The position numbers were made by a program, and so were the translations under genes. The notes below the pieces were generated by a model, which was given only the letters and a program-made list of their open reading frames with translations, was not told where the DNA came from and ran no database searches. A stretch of 57,285 bases of DNA, counting the filler, from Dirinaria sp. TL-2023a (taxonomy: Eukaryota), in NCBI GenBank assembly GCA_051941275.1. It is 2 parts of 2 records of this genome, joined end to end, with 100 filler letters (N's around TTAATTAATTAA, not from the genome) between each part and the next. Parts side by side here need not be neighbours in the genome. Positions count along the whole stretch, not along the records: positions 28,784 to 57,285 come from JAVEBF010000124.1; 1 more part is not named here. One strand, written 5' to 3'. Positions 48,792 to 57,285 of this stretch are shown here, piece after piece (within the stretch, counting starts at the first letter, position 1; each line of letters opens with the position of its first letter).

Positions 48792-49739
48792 TTATGCGGG
48801 ACACTTGCTACAGACCTCGAACTCGCCACTCGTATCAGTCTCGCTGCAAATATCAAACGGCACCTGCGCCTCTGAGCAAAGATATGCACAACACTTGCTC
48901 GCCGGCGTCGGACATGCTGCAGCGCTGGACCTCGAGCAAGTCGACGTAGGTGTGGGAGTCGATGTCGTCTTCGTCGTCTTCGTCGTCAATGTATTCCCAG
49001 CAGGGCATTTGTTGCACACCTCGAACTTGCCGCTGGTATCGGTCTCGCTGCAAATAGCGAAGGGCACCTGGGCCTCGGAGCAGAGGTAGGCGCAGCATTT
49101 ATTCGGTGGGGTTGGGCAAGCCGAGGCGCTGACTCTTGCGCATGTCGACGCTGATGTAGGAGTAGATGTCGTTGTAGTGGTTGTTGTCGTTGTGGTTTCA
49201 GTTGGGCATTTGTTGCATACCTCGAACTCGCCGCTGGTGTCGGTCTCGCTGCAGATATCAAAGGGCACTTGAGCCTCAGAGCAGAGGTAGGCGCAGCATT
49301 TGTTCGGTGGGGTTGGGCACGCTGAAGCGCTGGATCTGGCGCAAGTTGAGGGCGTGAGGGTCGATGCTGTTGAGGTTGTCGTCTTCGTAGGTGAAGGGGT
49401 AGTGAGACAGCTGCATGCGCTTGAGATCCTCTGTTGTACCGTGTTGTTTATTAATCAAGAAGGAAAGAATATAGATATAAGGCTAGTACTTACGGTGTTC
49501 CCGCATGTGGCGATGGGGCTTGGAGCTTGCTTAGTCCTTTAGACAATGTTTAGTAGACTTCACAGGAAGCGGGATGGGAGGAAGCCCCACGAGGTAGCTA
49601 AGTACTCGCTGCAGAAGGCGGAGGACGTAGAGGACTGATAGCGGACGAGAGCGCGGTAGCAGTTATCATGGTTGCACTTGGCCGCCAGGGCTACCGTCAC
49701 AGAAGCCGCGAGTGTTGTGATTACCTGAGTGAAGCGCAT
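48792..49739 (-). CDS. Secreted protein (~276 aa) with three tandem 8-Cys modules and Thr-rich linkers
   Basis: Exons 49739-49591, 49536-49494 and 49430-48792; signal peptide MRFTQVITTLAASVTVALA; N-terminal CNHDNCYRAL..FC..RISSACSC module; three near-identical C-X7-C-X6-CC-X3-C-X9-C-X11-C-X2-C repeats. Confidence 0.88.
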
Positions 49740-50629
49740 GGTGGGTAGTTGGGTTGGAAAGTAGGGAGCTTGCAATATTCAACAGGCTGGTGTGAGATAG
49801 TAAGGTGGTGCAGCTCCGTTGCTGGGGGGGCAGATGGGTCTTCAAATAGCGACCATGTTCTTATATTCATTGCCATTGCTACTGCGACCGAAGATTCCAA
49901 TGAAGGCTGCAGATACGAGGTGAGGCGTCCCCAAGCTGACTGTGAAGCTGAAAGAAGTTCAAACCCCGCACTGATCCACTTAGTAGCGTTTGTCTGTGTT
50001 TGGTCCACATATTCATAGCAACTCTGAAGGTACAAGTCACTGGGTATACAATAGTGCTGGTCCGGGGTACGGGAACGGCGAATCACAACCAAGGAAGCCG
50101 ATTGGCAACACAAACCTTCAGCTCTGAGTTCACTGACACATCCATGCTTCTCCGTTAGCAGGCTTGGATGTTTGTTTACCTGCTTGTTCTGGATAAAAGT
50201 CGCTCCGGGGACAGTCTCGCTGTTTTTGGTTTATCGCTTGCCGCTTTAGCTCGCTCGGCAGATCATCAAAGCGTTTTTCTCGTATTTCCACCTCTTCCCT
50301 TCCAATTCTGGGATTGTGGCGGAGAATCTGCTCGCAATTGGCCAATCATGGATCACTGCATTATTGAATTCATGTCGTAACGCAGCTGTCAGGATGCAAC
50401 GCAAAAGTACCTATGGCCTAGGAGTCAGGAAGGTACCATCGTACGTGGGGGTACACAATCTCAGCTTCTAACTTTCGGATTATGTTGTGGAGAGATGAGT
50501 ATGAGATGACGTAGCACCATTAGATCAATTAGTCAACAATAATATTATAAGAATTTAGGAATGTAAGGAGCAACTGCAAATTCGATCTCCACACGGCCTA
50601 GCACCAGACTACCTTCGCTAATAAGTATC

Positions 50630-52516
50630 CTACTGAGTAATGGCCTTTTCCTCAAAGCTCTGGCGGATCTCTTCTACAGGCGCTGTCTCAATCTTAGCGT
50701 CATTTTCGACGACTACACCCGTTTGTGTGAGACCCATCTCAGCAGCAAAGGTGGTGTATGGCTTCCAACCGGCCGATTTGCGGGGTGACACTTCCTCCAT
50801 CATCTTGTCTACTTGTTCAAGCGAAAGACCCTTGGTCTCCTATTGCAGATGTGTTAGCCCTGGTTCGGCATAGAAGAGCAGCCAGTGGAGGCTTACCGGC
50901 ACAAGGAAGTAGGCGAAGCTGAAGGAGATGCAGCAAAGTGACCCCCAGAGAAAGAATACCTTGGCACCCAAGTTGGCATCGTTTTTATCAGTGCCGACAA
51001 GATAGGGCGTGATGACACTGATAATCTAACAACACTATCAGCAAAGCTTGGATAAGCATATCCAGGAGGTCCAGGCTTACGCAGTTCCAAAACCAGTTGG
51101 AGGAAGTAGAGATGCCAACACCGCGAGATCGGATAGGAAGTGGGAAAATCTCCCCAATGACGACCCACGCTGCGGGGCCCCAGCTAGCAGCGAAGAAAGA
51201 GATGTTGAAGCAGATAAAAGCGATCATAGCAGATACTGCCGAGTTGTTGTGTTGGCTCTCACGGCCTGCGGTGACCCCAACGATACCAACAATGAATTGA
51301 GCAATTATCATCCCACCAGCTCCAAAGATGAGGATCTTTCGTCGGCCAAGTCTCTCGACAGTGTAGAAGGAAATGGGGGTAGAGCAGACGTTGACGAGGG
51401 TGGTGATGAGAGATATCAAGAAGGGGTTTTTAATTGTATTAAGGCTCTGAAAGAAGACGACGCCGAAGTAGAAGATGAAGTTAATACCTGAAGTCGGGTT
51501 AGCAATTCTCGGGGAACACCAATGGGTTTGAATGAAGGCTTGCCTGTGAGTTGCTGCATCATTTGCATTAGAATACCCACCACTGTACGGCGGATGTTAC
51601 TGTTGCCCTTGAAGATCGATCCAGTAAAGCAATTGGTCCAGCCAGCAATGTAGGAAGTCTGGGGTATAAGCTTTTTCTCGTACTCATTGTTGGCAATAAT
51701 TTCCGCCAGCTCGTCTTGGATATAGGCCGAGTCAATGGGCTGTCCACGGACAGACGCCAGTGCTTTGGCAGCTTTCTCGAGCTTCCCCTTCTTGACCCAG
51801 AAACGAGGGGACTCGGGGAGAATGGCCAAACCGATCGCCAAGATAATGGCCCAGAGGAACTGCACAGCGATTGGGATACGATATGAGCCGCTATCGTCCC
51901 GGTCCTGTGTAGCGTACACGACGCAATTGGCCAGCAGGATACCGATTGTGATGCAAAACTGGTAACCGGCAACAAGCGCCCCTCGGACCTTCTTAGGCGC
52001 AATTTCAGACATGTATAGGATGACAATCGCGGAGATGTAGCCTACGCCGAAACCAGCAATCAAGCGGCCAACAACCATAACGGCAAGGCCAGTCGACGCA
52101 GTTTCCAAGATACAGCCCACTGTGAAGATACCGCATCCTAGTATAATCGTCAATCGGCGTCCGATCAAATCAGCCACGTCGCCAGCCATGATGGCACCAA
52201 AGAAGGTTCCGCAAGAAAGTATCGAGGTCGTCAACGACTGGTCACGAGCTCTCAAGTGGAACCCCTTGAGATATTTCTGGTACGGGGAGTCATCGTCGTC
52301 TGAAAACGGGTATAGGTCGGCCGGATATTGCATGCCTGTGTACAGACGAATGAAATACTTCATGCCCAAGACACCTCCCATCCATCCCGTATCGTAACCG
52401 AAAAAGATGCCTCCGAAAGCAGCGAACGCGCAGATGAGATAGGCTCTGAGAGTGACGGGAGCTTCGACTCTTCCAACTTCAGTGGTACCCGTGATGACAG
52501 GTGCTCCTCCAGGCAT
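50630..52516 (-). CDS. Sugar porter (MFS hexose transporter, RCO-3/GXS1-like)
   Basis: FGGIFFGYDTG, D.IGRR, GRLIAGFGVG, YMSE.APK.VRG, PESPR, QQLTGINFIFY, WGPAAWVVIGEIFPL..R and ETKGLSLEQVD motifs; three introns, the first a GC-AG intron at 51488-51543; stop at 50630-50632. Confidence 0.95.
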
Positions 52517-53880
52517 GTTGACGGTTTTTCAGTGGAGGATATGGCTAGGGTCGGAGAGCGCAAATGTGGATCTGGCCGCGTTTAAGAAAGCAAGAACGAA
52601 TCCCCCTTCCTCCGAGGAGGTGCGAGCAATTTAAGGCAAACACCTCAGAGCCATACTCGTACACAAACATGCAGCTCACCATGCAGGCTAATCAAGGTTG
52701 CTTCGTGCTCTCAACTCCGCGAGTCAGCATCCCACGACACACGAGCAGCATGGAAGCAATTAGTGGTTCTAGACAATTTCCTACTACATACATACTTCCA
52801 GCTCCGTCCGTGGTGCATCCGGTTTCCTGGAATACAGCATCGTGACCCCTGCATGTAAGCACCGTAGTCTCGCAGCTGGATGCATCTAGCCTGCAACTGC
52901 CCTACCTAGATAGCACGTCTTGATGCACTACCCGCGCCAGATCAACCAGTAGTGACAAGCGAAGTATGATCGTGCGTCGCCACATCCAGGTCGCAATGGC
53001 TGCGTTTGGTGCCGTCGTGGTAGACTCATGTAGCACTCACGCTCCGCAAGTCTATATCATGATGAGACGAGAGGTCCGTACAGAATCACGTGATGCGCGC
53101 ACTTAGCCAGTGAACCAGCGAACGAAGGGCCGCATGGAACGGACATTAGCCCAAAGGGGCAGTTAAGGCACGCCAATGGCGGGAGGGATCCAACGCTCTT
53201 TAATTTCTTGGGATGCAGGGCTTGAGAGATGTCCGCTCCCACATGCAGTGTCCAAGGGTCTGGTCAGACTTGGGGGCCAATGAGAGCGATGGTACCGTGC
53301 CATGGGCCTTGTCCAATAGAGTCGAGACTCTGACACTCGATCTATTCGTAAGTCGAGGATGACCTGCGTGCGAAGCGCACAAGCAGGTCAACCGACTAAT
53401 CAGCGACCTGAAGCATCCCGCACAGAGGATTTTCCACCAAACGTGAAGTTATAATGGTTCAAGTTGGAACATCAAAGGTGTGGTCAAAGCATCGTTAGGT
53501 AATGTCAACCCATCAGCCCCATGTAAGACGAACAGATGAGCAGACGACCGAGATACGCTCGGCAGTCCAGGTATTGGTCCCACCACGCTGCAAACATCAA
53601 TGGCACCATGCGACGATAATTGCCACTGCTCGTATCGCCTTGTCATGCTCGTTGCTCCGTTCATTATTATCTCGTGCGCTCCTCGTGACAGCTTTTTTGG
53701 AGAAATGGCACGAAATGCTTGTAAGCTCGTTGGATGGCGTAGAGCGAGCCATATACAGCATTTCCCTCTGGACTGTGGTGATCATCGGTCAAGGAATCAG
53801 AACAGCCTAGCCGAGGTTGTGTATCATCAGTCCTCTCGCGCAGAACATATAGAAGTGGATCGGCTACGCTCGTCGATGGT

Positions 53881-54917
53881 CTAATACTGGTGTGGTTTAA
53901 GCTTGGGTGGACATGATATTAACCTTGCAGGTCCGACTGCTGCTTTCATGAGATGATTGAGATCTTTCTTCTCCCAAGTAAGCTTCTTAGCTATCAAAGC
54001 CTCTTCCAATAGAGAGCAGTCATCACCTCTCGAAAGTTGCCCAGGGATTTGCAAGGGTTCCATCAGGGTTCTGCGATTCAATAATATCATAACCTCGTCC
54101 TCACCAGAACCACCTATACGGCACTGACTTGCGAAATGAGTAACCAAATTTTCGGCACATTTGGACTTTTGATCCGAACCGGATACCGCTTGAAGGTAGA
54201 GTACTTCTCAGCCCTATCTAACAGGCTCATGTGAGTGAGTTTATCTTGCCACTCAGCTACTAAGCGTGGTCTGAGCTTGAGAAGTTCTCGAGCCAAGTTC
54301 CTCAAAGCAGATTTGATATGGCAAATGCTACAATTTAATCGAAGATATGACTGCAGATACAGCAACACCGTTGCTAGATTACAATGTACGTCGTTGGCGC
54401 AGATCAGAGCTTGCCTGGATACAATGCCGGAAGGACTCTTATCGCAAAGGGTCCTCCATTCATAGTCTTCATTCTTGATTCTTCTGTTGCTTTCTTCTAA
54501 GAACACGCAGCCTGTAGCTATGACATTCTAAATGCACTATCTGTGTCTGCAATAGGGCCCTTCCTAGACCTTCTTCTTTCTCTATACACGTACCACCTGA
54601 TCGCAGATGCGGCATGCGATAGGATTTGTTTGCTTTTTTTTTTTTTTGGCACGCGGTTGACACAAGTGACAAAGAACATGATCGTATCCAGGAAGCCACT
54701 CCCAGATTTCGAAAGCGTTCCATAGGTCAGGAAGCTTACGGGTAGCCCGAAACTTGATATCATCATGCTTCAGTGGCAAATGTGAATGAGCGAAGGGTGA
54801 CGAAGGGTGAAATTGGATGAGAAGATTACTCACATCAGCCACACAAATCTTTGCTATTCTACCGATGCTATTGGGCCCAGAAAGAGAGCCACTTACCATC
54901 ATGATGCTATTATTCAT
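53881..54917 (-). pseudogene. Possible degenerate multi-exon gene of unknown function
   Basis: Chain of protein-like ORFs (54582-54917, 54114-54506, 53881-54147) with candidate GTGAGT/GTACGT donors, a 15-nt homopolymer at 54634-54648 and apparent frameshifts; no recognisable family. Confidence 0.25.
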
Positions 54918-55680
54918 TATGGTCGATACATCAGGCGGAAATCCAAAAACTTAAAGATTCATTGGAATTCCTAAGAACCAAACCACGGACTGATTGTCAA
55001 GCTCAGGTACAACATGCAGTGCATCCCATGAAAAGAACAGGCTACAACTTGACGAAGAATGATAGGTCCATCGCTATGAGTACAACACAGCCGACTGGGA
55101 CAGCGCTACTGTACCTGACTATACAGTATAAATATCACATGGCTCCATTTCAGGAAGCCATGAATAAGAGGTCTTGGTCAATTGAAAAGGCAAAGATGGT
55201 CTTCTGACTCATGTGAAATCACTTTCGGGTCAGGAGTGCAGAGGGCTGCAGAGTGCAGAAGTGAGAGAATGCAATTACATAACTTCCCGGTTCACTTCTT
55301 TGTGCAAGCTGCGCTGCCCCACATTGCTATTACGGGCTTTATGCCTCTATTGAATCTTCAACACTACAAGCTCAAAGTACGGAGGTTGTCACTCGAGACT
55401 TCCCGCCACTGCTGATTTGCCCTTCCAACACCATTGTCTTTAACAATCAAACAACATTCGAACCCATATATAACACCTCTCAACTGCTACGATTGTAGTG
55501 AGGTTCTCAACAGTCACTTTGTGGAGTATAAAACATTCTCGGAAACCGTACGTACTTCCTCGCTTTCAAAACTCTGCATCAACAGACACGGAAAACAAAT
55601 TACGATAGCCAAAGCACAATCTGCAGAAAACATCTTTCCCTATACCAGTACAGTTGACCTGCTACATACATCAACTAAAG

Positions 55681-56880
55681 ATGTCTAAGAGACCAGAAGA
55701 GGCAGGAAGCCTGAGGGAGTTCATCTCGCTTGGGTTAGGCAGAGAGTGGACCTTTCGTAACTCGAACACTGTGAGTTTATAATCCTGACAAGTATGAACA
55801 GGAGCAGCTGATCTATGCAACAGGTGGATCCACAGCAAGAAAACACTGCAGCAATGTCAGAAGTAGTGACAGATGCAGCTCAAGATGCAAAGACACCACC
55901 AACAAATGAGAGCATGTCAGAGACATCAGCGACTCAGTCCGCTCCTGTGCTCCAAGTCACAGAGCTAGACAGTGCAGAAGCTCAGGTAAACCATCCAGCC
56001 CTCTATGAGTTCGAAGCTAACATGAAGACAGCATGTGGAGGAGACACCTCAGACAAATTCGGAGTCCCTACCTGACTTCTCAGAATCATCGACAAGTCAG
56101 CAAATAGTCAATCTGACCGCATTGCCCGATATCAGCAAGAGCAAGGAAGTTGCAGGAATGTCGCATGTGGCGCCATCATGCTCTTCAAGAGATGGATCCC
56201 CAGACTCTTCAGACACAGGATTCTGGGTATGACTCTCCCCAGACTCATTACATCGAAACCTTTAGCAATCTGTTCAAAGCAAGCTGACAACGACTTCCAG
56301 ACAGCACCAGAGATCCAGTCTGGCTTTGAGGCAGCTTCAGAACCATCAAGCACAACTCTCAATACATCGCCGCCACTAGAACAGACGTCGCCTAGCAACT
56401 CTCATCGCACTCATCGCACTCCTCGCACTCCTCGTCAGCAACGCATCGTCACTCCAGTAAGCCTCTCTCCTCTTCCCCCCCCTCGGCCCTCTCTCCCTCA
56501 TCCACTAAAACCCTTCCCAAACAGGTAATCTACAGAGGCCCAATCCCCATCACAGAGATGTGTCCCTGCAACCTCAACGGCCACGCCTGTCAACACCCGC
56601 AGACCTGTCCATACATCAAGATCTGCACCAAGCTCGTACGTATACCTCCTCCCCCTTCCCTATCCCCTAACCCTGCCATAACAACTAACAAAAACGGGGA
56701 TAGCAGTACCAGCACTGCGAACTAGAGCACCTGAAAGCGACCTGCGACTCCATTCGCAACCAGACCGCTTGTCGCTGGGGCGGCTTCGGACGGTGTTGGT
56801 TTGGGCACGATGCCCCTGGGGAGAACGGGAGGGAGGAGCAGGCGAGGCTCCATGCGAGCCATCATCGCTGCGGAACATAG
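55681..56880 (+). CDS. Six-exon gene (~296 aa): disordered Ser/Thr/Glu-rich N-terminus with C-terminal CCCH-like zinc fingers
   Basis: Exons 55681-55770, 55824-55985, 56032-56226, 56301-56456, 56525-56635 and 56704-56880; five GT-AG introns, all phase 0; C-terminus MCPCNLNGHACQHPQTCPYIKICTKLQYQHCELEHLKATCDSIRNQTACRWGGFGRCWFGH. Confidence 0.72.
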
Positions 56881-57285
56881 GGAGGTCGTGCGCCGGTCTT
56901 GCCGAGGTCGGGGCCGCGGAGATGGGGATTTAAACTGGGGGCTGCTTGATCGTGTGAAGAGGGGAGAAAAAGACGGGTTATTTTCTCTACTGTGTCTGCT
57001 ACAGCCCTGGCGTGAGATCCTTAGTTAATGAGCTATGCATTTTCCCCCCTTTCTTTCCTCCAAACCATAGAAAGTTCTAATGATGCGCGACAGACATGAA
57101 TAATCTTAGATACTTACTCAAAAGCAATCAAGTTTCTTGAGACTCGGCAGGTTATATGTCTACATGTATCCAGAAACTTTTATTCGCGAGGATTTTTTCT
57201 AGACAATGCAGCTTTTTTCCTCGTTTAAAGTGCGCTCTCGAAAATCTCAATTCTCTCTTTTCAATTAAGAAAATCTTTCGTACTG

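Noticed and set aside
48792..49739. Hydrophobin or CFEM protein
   Set aside because: Eight Cys per module but only one CC pair and no CxC; spacing fits neither family.
57100..57285. Start of another mutated repeat at the window edge
   Set aside because: Composition resembles the CC/GG-poor array but no shared motif could be aligned and the window ends.

Overview
Intron-containing genomic DNA of a filamentous ascomycete (Pezizomycotina-type genes, short GT-AG introns with CTRAY branch points). A 100-nt artificial linker (N44-TTAATTAATTAA-N44, 28684-28783) joins two contigs, so adjacency across it is not established. Recognisable genes: a secreted WSC-domain protein, two MFS transporters, a CUE-domain protein, a hotdog-fold thioesterase, two PTH11-like receptors, a repetitive GPI-type wall protein, a cytosolic-type aspartyl-tRNA synthetase, a CECR5-type HAD hydrolase, an F-box protein, two Cys-rich secreted proteins and a six-exon gene with CCCH-like fingers that the ORF track misses. 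Features these genes do not explain: (1) a ~7 kb degenerate non-coding tandem array (36.8-43.8 kb) whose unit changes along its length; (2) a RIP-like mutation signature dominated by CpC>TpC (GG>GA) rather than CpA>TpA, seen in the array, a pseudogene, CRM1 fragments and inverted-repeat arms; (3) a tandemly triplicated chimeric unit carrying exportin-1 (CRM1) fragments, one retaining its intron; (4) a small orphan gene enclosed by long, permuted inverted repeats. All gene models and alignments were made by eye; no searches were run.
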